Source of the DNA: Eledone cirrhosa
Taxonomy: Eukaryota
Assembly: GCA_964016885.1 (NCBI GenBank)
Contig: CAXHJY010000445.1
Span: 1-29,288, forward strand
Length of the DNA: 29,288 bases
Reading direction: 5' to 3'
A program made the translations under genes and the position numbers. Shown one piece after another: positions 13,301 to 29,288 of this stretch. Within the stretch, counting starts at the first letter, position 1. Each line of letters opens with the position of its first letter. The notes under the pieces are model-generated. The model ran no database searches and was not told the origin of the DNA. It saw nothing but the letters and a program-made list of their open reading frames with translations.

Positions 13301-13552
13301 ATAGACCAACACTGGGGGGAACTAAAAGGACGAAAAAACGGGTCAGTACTATACGAACATGCTAGACAACATCATGACGGTAACATAGACAACATAGAAA
13401 TTAGAATAATATCTAAACATAGGAATGACCCAGCAGATAGGCAAATCAGAGAGGCCAGTGAAATAGAAATTAGAAGACCAAAGCTAAACAGAAAGAATGA
13501 GTGGAACAACAACAACACCCAAACAAACAACACTGACCTAAGAGAAGTATAA
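10313..13552 (+). CDS. PLE polyprotein: Asn-rich N-terminal insert, reverse transcriptase, Cys linker, GIY-YIG endonuclease (1079 aa)
   Basis: PTDKSG, RPVC, MDVVSLYPSI, EGAAIG, RYVDD, LPVLD; linker CTNRKCIIC; endonuclease NVVYSIRCTEGTC...YIGETARS..ERIDQH...EH...REASEI...PKLN. The frame is open upstream to the junction at 10278 (NLITANERDDF-M), so this ATG is probably internal. Confidence 0.93.
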   Translation: MSVIRRETKYAQNECCRHFKKKLEWMNKKKLQERKIEYSQKYPDNIDNIRMSDVKLPEEFTNDHTVNIYGNTLISEQEQQILKLPPKFAIYKKINPMECKTELEKCFTKIRWNAKVNNNNNNNNGSSNINNNSGYRNNSHNHNNGRKVRNSDNGNNTSDRQNNNNHNNNNNRNVNHRHSNSDHSSNNGNNTNNNNNNNHSGNNGNSTCSNINKNKKHNNSNNHNGRNSSNNNNNGEVNNNTSSNHNNNNINAKDRNNNNHHDNNNSNTHNYDDRNNDNPLEKLFFNPADKTYKMGNIYPTRLPFNKRVCIPQQIDDETEAQFTIARNKIRQVVDRYTMRQSRPEAQQLGIKPVEGLVSLKQRTRDGEVVCLPTDKSGRMSIDSMPNYIEAMQPHITNTSEVAQLTHDGREKILNAHMMMWTDILKPSRRTANNFQASNNGIPPLYGLRKDHKTVDDPTIGPPTRPVCGANIASNYRISYFLSMVIRPIIKMSPDVCESTEDLLSRISECNKNRSLSNCIIGSMDVVSLYPSINIDFAVKRCVEMIIESEVEFCDVDTDELGLLLRLTYDTDYLDSHDLRCFCPSRPIRGRPPTITSMAKKTPIGRWIGWTKAIRTPQNTDQVRKMVAHAIGASIKTTLKGHIFKFNEKIYTQNEGAAIGVSIAGDVANLFMVWWERRLKDLLNESSIDLIMYSRYVDDINIVIRTPPLESTNKFDLERSTMESIQQIANSIHQSITVTIDFPSKHPNNRLPVLDTELWINTIDERAQILHSHYAKPMASKYLILKNSAMSSSAKFNILIADLVRVMKNVSSMCDPTEMEGHIQHFINRMQFSGYNQRDRVRVYEGAMEKYKTLIELDMKGICPLYRSKSWNSLDRARHKIGKATSWYDNQRYQSVMFVDATPGGKLANQCRKALRKTHLKIKVVEKPGTTIKSLISKTYPFKKTHCTNRKCIICKVNPRINCKTRNVVYSIRCTEGTCRNTTTTYIGETARSIGERIDQHWGELKGRKNGSVLYEHARQHHDGNIDNIEIRIISKHRNDPADRQIREASEIEIRRPKLNRKNEWNNNNTQTNNTDLREV

Positions 13553-13830
13553 ATAAATAAGTAAATTAAATTAAATAAAATAAGATAAATAAATACATAC
13601 ACAAGCACATAAACACACACTAGTCACCCAGCAGACAACACTATACACACTAGTCACACATCACACATCACACATAACACTATACACACACGCAAACGCA
13701 TGCGCAAAGAAGACAAAATAAAATAAGATAAACAAACAAGCAAATAAATAAATAAATATATAGACAGACTGAACAAAAAAAAAAATGGCGTAGACATACA
13801 ACACAACAGGAGGAACAATGAATATAACAC

Positions 13831-13868
13831 CACTGACGATGTTGCAGATGTGCAACGAAAGATTTATG
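13831..13868 (+). ncRNA. Hammerhead-ribozyme-like motif in PLE 3' region
   Basis: Core CTGACGA (13833-39), 6-bp stem II GTTGCA/TGCAAC, GAAA, near-palindromic AGATTT, then A. Only 2 bp of stem I (CA/TG). Confidence 0.55.
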
Positions 13869-14240
13869 TAAACTATATATATATGTGTTTGTCTATATTG
13901 TATCTGTATTATTTTTGACCGCCGGTCAGTCAATGGCAACATTGAGGACCGAGTAAGCTAGATCGCAGATATATATATATAAAAGACAGCGAGAAGCGAA
14001 AACCAACCAAACAGTGAGTGTGTTCTGTTATTAATTCTGGCAATATTACGCAAATATGACCCTCCCCAAATATAACAATATCTGTTTCGACACACGATTT
14101 CATATAAAAAACCTCGCAAAACTAATACATATATATACATACATATATATATACATACATATATATATATACATATATATATATACATACATACATATGA
14201 TGATGGCTGCCCCCTCGTTATCGAGTATGGCCATTGCACA

Positions 14241-16400
<2,160 letters not shown>

Positions 16401-16412
16401 AATAACAATAAC

Positions 16413-16461
<49 letters not shown>

Positions 16462-16540
16462 GCAATAATAATAATAACGACAACAACAATAATAATATAC
16501 ATATTCATATATATATACACACACACGCACGCACATAAGC

Positions 16541-16577
<37 letters not shown>
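16401..16577. repeat. (AAT)n/(AAC)n followed by (TA)/(CA)n microsatellites
   Basis: Direct reading; lies between the Dong-like 3' end and the RTE stop codon. Confidence 0.9.
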
Positions 16578-16578
<1 letters not shown>

Positions 16579-16586
16579 GATAGCAA

Positions 16587-18674
16587 CTAACAGTGCTGCG
16601 ATCGAATGTGGCTTTTTAGCCCAGCCAATGATCCAAAATGTCTTGCACAGAGTCGGCAACCAAAACATTTACTGGGAATAGTCGGCTGTGGTTGGAGTTC
16701 GTGTACTTTTGCATGTCGCTTGAGTCCTCCTGCTGATTTACATTCTCTACCACATGTTTGGCAAGCATGATGAGTAGCATCTCCAACAGCAGCCTGGTAG
16801 TCAACCACTGGTCTTACTTTATGACTGCGAAGATGACTTTCGAGTCCAGCTTTGCTTAGGCAGAGTCTCGCACAGACGCTGCATGTCAGAAACATAGGAG
16901 GACCCTCGCCGTCTGGAAGTGCAACAGCAATACCCTTCCTCACGTCCCGCTTTACTTTCTCGTGTGCGATTCGAGATGCCTCAAAGGCAACTTTTCCCTC
17001 ATATACAGTCTTTCTCCATTTATTACGATCAGCAGCAATATTTTCCCATGTATCAGCAGAGATGTTAGCGTCTTTCAGAGAGGCCTTCAAGGAATCCTTA
17101 TACCTCTTTTTTGGTTTATGTGGCGGTCGTTTTCCTTTAACCAACTCTCCATAGAAGAGTTGTTTTGGTATTCTAGAATCCTTCATCCTGGCAAGGTGAC
17201 CACTCCAACGGAGTCGCTGCTTAAGCACAAGAGCTTCTATACTGTCACACATAGAGCTTTCCAAAATCTCGACATCACTGATGTGGTCCCTCCAGCGAAC
17301 GCCATGTATCCGTCTGAGACACATCTGATGGAAACGCTCCAATTGCTTAAGGTGGCGTCGATATGTGACCCAGGTCTCGCAGGCATAAAGAAGACAAGAG
17401 AGTACACATGCCCTGTACACCTTTACCTTTGTCCTCCTGCATATGTCTCGCCGACCCCAGAGTCGCCTTTCTAGCTTTCCGAAAGCATCACTTGCTTTCC
17501 TAATCCTAAGTGAGATTTCACTGTCAAGGTTGCCGTATCGATTGACAGTGCTTCCCAGGTAGACAAACTGATCAACCACTCCAAGTCGTTTGCCATACAC
17601 ATAGATGTTTGGTTCAGTGTACTGCCTACCAGGTGCAGGTTGGTACATGACGACGGTTTTCTTGAGACTGACAGTCAAACCCAGGGCAGTGCAAGCGTCA
17701 GAAAATACATTCAAAATGTGCTGCATATCACTCTCTGTGTGCGCTACAAGATCGCAATCATCTGCATACAAGAGGTCTCTTATGACTGATGTAAATACTT
17801 TTGTCTTCGCAGCAAAGCGCCTGATGTTAAATATGCTGCCTGAGGTTCGATATCGGATGTAAACACCATGCTCGCAATTCCTGAATGCAATACAGAAAAC
17901 CATTGCAAAGTATATGGCAAACAGGGTCGGTGCTGGAATATCCCCCTGTTTCACTCCATTTTTTACTGAGATAGGCTCCGACATGTTACCTCCGACATTA
18001 ACCCAAGCCCTCATGTCGTCATGGAAAGACCTAACTAAAGCAAGGAACTTATCAGGGCAACCAAGTTTCTGGAGAACCTTCCATAATGCATCTCTGTTGA
18101 CAGTATCGAAAGCCTTTGTCAGATCGACAAAAACCTGATACAGATCCAAGCCCTGTTCAATGCACTTCTCCTGGAGCTGTCTAGCTGAGAAGATCATATC
18201 AGTAGTGCCGCGTCCAACACGAAAACCAGATTGACTTTCAGGAAGGACACAATCTGCAATGTGTGTCAGCAGACGGTCCAGAAGCACCCTACATAAAACT
18301 TTCCCCACGACAGAAAGCAATGATATACCTCTGTAGTTCCCACAATCATTCCTGTTACCCTTTCCCTTGTACAAGACCACCATTACCGCATCTCTCCAGT
18401 CCTCAGGCACGGATTCATTAGCCCATATCCTTCCAAACAGAGAGTGAAGATGTTGCAGGAGTCTCTCACCACCATATTGTAGGAGCTCAGCATGTATGCC
18501 ATCCATACCTGGAGATCTTCCACTGTTCAGCTTCGAAATAGCCACTGCAACCTCCACAAGTGTCGGAGGCTCTGCGAGAGCTACTTTCACAGGACTTTCC
18601 GTAATGAGATTGAGGAAATCTTCACTGACGACAGACGGCTGATTCAAAAGATCATCAAAGTGCTCCCGCCACCA
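16587..18674 (-). CDS. Partial RTE ORF: RT plus three C-terminal C2H2 zinc fingers (endonuclease lost by 5' truncation)
   Basis: [50 protein letters not shown]. Fingers CSVC..HLRSH, CQTC..HAKVH, CRLC..HIRSQH. The first ~19 aa of the track ORF come from microsatellite. Confidence 0.92.
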   Translation of the reverse strand, partial: WWREHFDDLLNQPSVVSEDFLNLITESPVKVALAEPPTLVEVAVAISKLNSGRSPGMDGIHAELLQYGGERLLQHLHSLFGRIWANESVPEDWRDAVMVVLYKGKGNRNDCGNYRGISLLSVVGKVLCRVLLDRLLTHIADCVLPESQSGFRVGRGTTDMIFSARQLQEKCIEQGLDLYQVFVDLTKAFDTVNRDALWKVLQKLGCPDKFLALVRSFHDDMRAWVNVGGNMSEPISVKNGVKQGDIPAPTLFAIYFAMVFCIAFRNCEHGVYIRYRTSGSIFNIRRFAAKTKVFTSVIRDLLYADDCDLVAHTESDMQHILNVFSDACTALGLTVSLKKTVVMYQPAPGRQYTEPNIYVYGKRLGVVDQFVYLGSTVNRYGNLDSEISLRIRKASDAFGKLERRLWGRRDICRRTKVKVYRACVLSCLLYACETWVTYRRHLKQLERFHQMCLRRIHGVRWRDHISDVEILESSMCDSIEALVLKQRLRWSGHLARMKDSRIPKQLFYGELVKGKRPPHKPKKRYKDSLKASLKDANISADTWENIAADRNKWRKTVYEGKVAFEASRIAHEKVKRDVRKGIAVALPDGEGPPMFLTCSVCARLCLSKAGLESHLRSHKVRPVVDYQAAVGDATHHACQTCGRECKSAGGLKRHAKVHELQPQPTIPSKCFGCRLCARHFGSLAGLKSHIRSQHC

Positions 18675-20279
<1,605 letters not shown>

Positions 20280-20887
20280 GGTGGCTGCCAACTCGTTTTC
20301 GAGTACGGCCACTACTTTATATCCATGTAGGAGAACCCCTACTGATGCGCTGAACGAGTGTGACTTTTTAGTCCAGCCAGCGACTTGAAAGCTCTGGTAC
20401 AAACACTACACTTGTGACAATTATTGACACATAGTGCTGGGCCCATGGTACCATGTGACGACAAATGCAGAGAGATCTCCAGATATAAAGCAATGCCTGT
20501 GCCGTGAAGCTTTTATAGTGAGCAAAGGCACTGCACAAAGCCAGTCCCACTCTCTTAACCAAGATGATATTTACCAAAAAGAAGAACAAGTCAACATCAT
20601 TGGATACCATCAGGGTTGCAGGTGTTATATCAGAGTTTTCCTTCTCCTAGAATTCTGCCTTGACAAAGGCTAAGGGGTCATCTCTCCCGGTGATTTTGGA
20701 TGGCCATTGACTCTTAAGAGCTCCTTTGCCTTTTGACAGGTTTTGTTTTTAGTCCTGCAGGATGTCCAAAGTCACCCTCCTCACCAAGAAACCTTGGTGG
20801 GGTTGCCAGTTTAGTCGCCAACGACCCGACCATGGGACAGGTTGTACTGGAATACATGTTACCAGTAGCACCAACTGGTGACCTGAC
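20280..20887 (-). mobile_element. 608-bp non-autonomous RTE-derived bipartite element, copy B
   Basis: About 97.7% identical to 2330-2937 by eye. Contains an intact C2H2 finger frame [25 protein letters not shown] at 20339-20416. Confidence 0.87.
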
Positions 20888-22636
<1,749 letters not shown>

Positions 22637-24162
22637 CATCATCATCATCACCGTTTTACGTCCGTTCTTCCGACGCTAGCATGGGTTAGACGGGTTGTCC
22701 TGTTGTGGGCAGTGTCTGGTCGGCTGACCATGCCTTGCTCATACAGGAACTGATCTGGCTTGATTTCTACAGCTGGATGCCCTTCCTAACACCAACCTCA
22801 TTTACAGTGAGTGCTGGGTGCTTTTTCGTGGCGCCTACACGTCCACTTTACAGTGTGGGCTGGGTGCTTTTTTGCCGTGGCACCTCCACGACCACCTTGC
22901 GGTGGGGGGGGGGGGGCATATTGTTTATATGCTTCAGCATGTACCCATGGGAGGTCGGGTACCCTGTATTACTGCGTGACGCCAGAAGTCACGGTCGTGT
23001 GTCATTGACTTTGAGAGGTGTAGTTGGGTAAGGTCGGCTCTTATCACTCATCCCAAGTCATCTTGGGTCTCCCACTCCGCGGTTTCCATCAACTTCTAGT
23101 GCTCTGCACCTTTTTATGCAGCTGTCATCCTTCATACGCATCACATGTCCATACCAGCGTAACCGCCTCTCCTGCACGCAGCATTTGATTCCTCTTATGC
23201 TCAGTCTCTCTCTCAATTCATTTATGCTTTGTCGTTCACGTATATTACTGTTACACATCCATCGGAGCATGCAGGCTTCGTTTCTCTCTAATCTACGTAA
23301 GTCTTCCACCTTCAGCGCCCAGGTCTCACTACCATGCAACATCGCTGTTCGGATACACGCATCATACAGTCTGCCTTTCATTCTGAGGGAGAAGCCTTTT
23401 GCAGCTAGCAGTGGTAGTAGTTCCCTAAACTTCTTCCATCCCGTTCTTACCCTAGTTATTGTACTTTCTGAGCACCCACCTCCGTTGCTAATTCGGTCAC
23501 CTAGGTAGCAGAAGCTGTCTACTGTTTCTACAGGGCCCTCCCAGAGATTGGTGGTACTTGTTTCCTGTGGCTGTTTGCTTGCTGTTTCAGCACAGCTGCT
23601 GCATGTGAATCCTACATTCTTAATTAAGCTTCCTGAGATCCCGCTACATCTCTTGTGTACCCATTGTTTGCATTTGGGGCAAAGAATGGAGTTCCTACCT
23701 ACACCTTTCCTACATACTGAGCAAGGCCATTTCCCTGAGGGGATCTGGGTTCTGTTTTCTCGTCTACTTATAAGGACCTTAGTCTTTGTCATGTTGACTT
23801 GAGGCCCTTTCTCTCTAGTCCCTGCTTCCAGGTTTGGAATTTATTCTCTAGTTCTACCATAGATTCAGCTATGAGTGCGAGGTCATCAGCATACAGGAGT
23901 TCCCATGGGCATCCGGTCTTAAACTCCTCCGTTATTGCCTGCAGGACTATGATGAACAGGAGAGGGCTAAGAACAGAGCCCTGGTGGACCCCAACCTGTA
24001 CGCTAATTCCTCGCTATACTCATTGCCAATCCTAACTTTGCTGACTGCTCCCCTATACATGGCTTGTACCGCTTCACAAGCCATTCATCTACTCCCTAGT
24101 TTTCTAAGAGCCCACCAGATTACTGCACGTGGAACTCTGTCAAAGGCTTTCTCAAGGTCGAT
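22637..24162 (-). mobile_element. 5'-truncated RTE LINE of a second PHD-containing family, with ~300-bp 3' UTR and (GAT)n tail
   Basis: Homologous to 3344-4590: [26 protein letters not shown] finger, RLRWYGHV. The 3' terminus CCCGTCTAACCCATGCTAGCGTCGGAAGAACGGACGTAAAAC resembles that of the first RTE. Candidate 12-bp TSD ATACACATATAT (22625-36 and 24161-72). Confidence 0.9.
22934..24162 (-). pseudogene. Frameshifted RT/PHD/C-terminal fragment
   Basis: About six single-base indels must be corrected to restore a frame ending ...DRDFWRHAVIQGTRPPMGTC*. Confidence 0.8.
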
Positions 24163-24694
24163 ACACATATATATACATACGTATATATACACATATATAT
24201 ACATACGTATATATACACATATATATACATACGTATATATATACATATATATACATACGTATATATATACATATATATACATACGTATATATATACATAT
24301 ATATACATACGTATATATATACATATATATACATACGTATATATATACATATATATACATACGTATATATATACATATATATACATATATATACATACGT
24401 ATATATATACATATATATACATACGTATATATATATCATACGTATATATATACATACGTATATATATACATACGTATATATATACATACGTATATATATA
24501 CATACGTATATATAATACTAATATTACATATATATACATACGTATATATATACATATATATACATACGTATATATATACATATATATACATACGTATATA
24601 TAACATACGTATATATATATATACATTATATACATACATATTATATACATATATATACATACGTATATATATACATACGTATATATATATATAC

Positions 24695-24731
<37 letters not shown>

Positions 24732-24737
24732 CATTAC

Positions 24738-24774
<37 letters not shown>

Positions 24775-24952
24775 CATACGTATATATACATACGTATATA
24801 TATATACATATATATACATACGTATATATATATACATATATATACATACATATATACATACGTATATATATACATATATATACATACGTATATATATACA
24901 TATATATACATACGTAATATATACATATATATACATACGTATATATATACAT

Positions 24953-24988
<36 letters not shown>

Positions 24989-25019
24989 CATACATATATA
25001 TATACATATATATACATAC

Positions 25020-25052
<33 letters not shown>

Positions 25053-25327
25053 CATACATATATATATACATATATATACATACATATATACACACATATA
25101 TATACACATATATATATACACATATATATACACATATATATATACACATATATATACACATATATATATATACACATATATATACACATATACACATATA
25201 TATACATATATATATACACATATATATATACACATATATATACACATATATATATACATATATATATACATATATATACATATATATATACATATATATA
25301 CACATATATATACACATATATATATAC

Positions 25328-25364
<37 letters not shown>

Positions 25365-25377
25365 CATATATATACAC

Positions 25378-25414
<37 letters not shown>

Positions 25415-25423
25415 CATATATAT
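24163..25423. repeat. Continuation of the CpG-containing array, then a plain TA/CA array
   Basis: The same ATACGT unit as 22197-22636 persists to about 24945. Confidence 0.95.
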
Positions 25424-25424
25424 A

Positions 25425-25988
25425 ATTAAATTAAAGCAAATCGAAATTGCTTTTAAATTAATCAATAAACATTTGGATAAACTACGGTGTGTTTTTTCTT
25501 CGAATGCTGTCCAGCAGCAGCAACAACAACAACAGCAGCTACAACGGCAACAACAACAACAGCTACAACAACAATAGCAACAACAAGGACAACAACAGTG
25601 TGAACCACTCCTTGATTCATCAACAATGGCCGATCTACTAAATGAAACTATTGACCCCCCAGTAGCCTCTGTCTCACAGCATGAAACGCCACATCCTTTC
25701 TCTGGCCCAGCAGTCCAATCATCACCACTGCCAACATCTCTGCCTACTACTACTACTACAACATTTTTGTCTACTGCTATGTCAAGGAATTTACCTTCTA
25801 ATACCAGAACAAGAACTCTCCCTCCCACAGTCCACAAAGGTCGTCAAATCCTACCCAAACATCATCTACACCTCTCACAACACACACACCCACATACCCA
25901 CCTACTCGAAACCCCATCATTTGCCGCTACTCTCTACGCTATAGAATATGTACGGATAGTGGCTGCAAATTCACCCATTTACCTATGA
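25425..25988 (+). pseudogene. PolyQ and Ser/Thr/Pro-rich coding-like fragment with one in-frame TAG
   Basis: Frame [55 protein letters not shown]... is continuous with track ORF 25626-25988. The TAG at 25575 lies inside a CAA/CAG run. No domain recognised. Confidence 0.35.
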
Positions 25989-26084
25989 TGAAAATAGCAT
26001 TTTCTATTAATCATCACCATCAACATCACTTTTATTATTATTATTATTATTGTTGTTGTTGTTGTTATTGGTCGTGGTCATATT

Positions 26085-26189
26085 TATAATATTCCATTCT
26101 ACAAATTACACAGCCCAAATGAAATCAAGAGAAAAATCAAAGAAAAGAATTTTATTGATAAATTCAAACCCAAGCTAAATGAACAATAA
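26085..26189 (+). pseudogene. C-terminal 34 aa of a PLE GIY-YIG endonuclease
   Basis: YNIPFYKLHSPNEIKRKIKEKNFIDKFKPKLNEQ*. The R-x-I-x-E...I...PKLN pattern matches RQIREASEIEIRRPKLN of the large PLE in this window. Confidence 0.75.
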
Positions 26190-26395
26190 TAACGCCTAGG
26201 GGTATTACTTCTACTACCACTATGACCACGACCAATAACAACAACAACAACAACAATAATAATAATAATAAAAGTGATGTTGATGGTGATGATTAATAGA
26301 AAATGCTATTTTCATCATTTTCAAAAAAGCAGAACAATTGATACTTTGGATATGACTATTGGTCGTTAGCATGCTCAACCAGCCGTGACGCTTAA

Positions 26396-26502
26396 ACCAA
26401 TCAGCTGTAGTAATTCAGTGAAACTACACACTGATTGGTCGAAATACAGTTTACAGGGCTTTGCATTCTGGAGCCACTTTTCTCTGTATAAAATGTATAA
26501 AA
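26396..26502 (+). promoter_or_regulatory. Candidate pseudo-LTR promoter: inverted CCAAT pair and tandem TATAAAA
   Basis: ACCAATCAG (26396) and CTGATTGGT (26431); TATAAAA at 26487 and 26496, about 65 bp upstream of the hammerhead. Confidence 0.35.
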
Positions 26503-26565
26503 GGTAGGAAATTTACCCATCTCATTACAGTTGAAAATTGCAAACTCGACTGTCACCACATATCA

Positions 26566-26604
26566 TGAACCTGAAGATTGCGAAAGCATGAAAGTACTTG
26601 TTCA
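26566..26604 (+). ncRNA. Minimal type I hammerhead ribozyme (PLE type)
   Basis: TGAAC-CTGAAGA-T-TGC(GAAA)GCA-T-GAAA-GTAC-TT-GTTCA. Stem I is 5 bp, stem II is GNRA-capped, stem III is the palindrome AGTACT, and predicted cleavage is after 26599. Confidence 0.85.
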
Positions 26605-26753
26605 ATTAACACTTAGAATTTAATATTCTATCATACTATTTCATTATAATACCATTATATATATTTTAAAGGATTGTAAATAAAACGAGTAAATCAGACA
26701 AAGTTGGAATTCCTCTTATTAATATAATCTTCTATACACAATCATACACACCC

Positions 26754-28930
<2,177 letters not shown>

Positions 28931-29288
28931 AAAAGTGTTAAATAAAAGTGTTAAATAAAAGTGTTAAATAAAAGTGTTAAATAAAAGTGTTAAATAAAAG
29001 TGTTAAATAAAAGTGTTAAATAAATGTGTTAAATAAATGTGTTAAATAAATGTGTTAAATAAATGTGTTAAATAAATGTGTTAAATAAATGTGTTAAATA
29101 AATGTGTTAAATAAATGTGTTAAATAAATGTGTTAAATAATGTGTTAAATAAATGTGTTAAATAATGTGTTAAATAAATGTGTTAAATAAATGTGTTAAA
29201 TAAATGTGTTAAATAAAAGTGTTAAATAAAAGTGTTAAATAAAAGTGTTAAATAAAGTGTTAAATAAATGTGTTAAATAAATGTGTTA
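28931..29288. repeat. 13-bp minisatellite AAA(A/T)GTGTTAAAT, about 27 copies, running off the window end
   Basis: Direct reading; variant units occur in blocks, with a few 12-bp units. Confidence 0.95.

Larger units (their letters stand above)
10278..14125 (+). mobile_element. Penelope-like element (canonical C-terminal EN+; Neptune/Nematis-like Cys linker), probably 5'-truncated
   Basis: RT-GIY-YIG ORF followed by about 570 bp of 3' non-coding (pseudo-LTR-type) sequence, which runs about 44 bp beyond the inverted arm before microsatellite resumes. Clade assignment is tentative. Confidence 0.92.
25985..26753 (+). mobile_element. 3' remnant of a second Penelope-like family with a short inverted 5' segment
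   Basis: GIY-YIG-like C-terminus at 26085-26189, a 98-bp inverted repeat (25985-26082 and 26221-26318), and a minimal hammerhead at 26566-26604. The right boundary is approximate. Confidence 0.8.

Noticed and set aside
10313-13552. Naiad/Chlamys-type or selenoprotein PLE, or telomerase
   Set aside because: The GIY-YIG is C-terminal, there are no in-frame TGA codons, and the architecture is that of a canonical EN+ PLE.
28931-29288. CRISPR array or telomere
   Set aside because: There are no unique spacers, the context is eukaryotic, and the unit is AT-rich rather than G-tract-like.

Overview
Eukaryotic (metazoan) repeat-dense DNA with no recognisable intact host gene. Long (TA)n/(TACA)n arrays make up about a third of the window and are studded with retroelements. 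The mix resembles cephalopod (octopus) genomes, which is inference only. In order: a 608-bp non-autonomous RTE-derived element (copy A); a near-full-length RTE-clade LINE with an intact APE-RT ORF carrying a C4HC3 PHD-type finger inside the RT; a Penelope-like element (PLE, RT plus C-terminal GIY-YIG) arranged as a 2.7-kb near-perfect inverted repeat, with an in-frame Asn-rich insert and hammerhead-like motifs; a 5'-truncated RTE with three C2H2 fingers whose 3' UTR (TAA)n tract contains a nested Dong/R4-type REL retrotransposon; copy B of the 608-bp element; a second PHD-RTE fragment; a polyQ pseudo-coding fragment; the 3' remnant of a second PLE family with a clean minimal hammerhead ribozyme; and a 13-bp minisatellite. 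The most interesting signals are the bipartite SINE-like element that keeps its partner LINE's last zinc finger and 3' hairpin, the PLE palindrome and ribozymes, the nested insertion, and the identical orientation of all five RTE-family insertions relative to microsatellite strand polarity. All Y/I/M/H-repeat ORFs are microsatellite artefacts.
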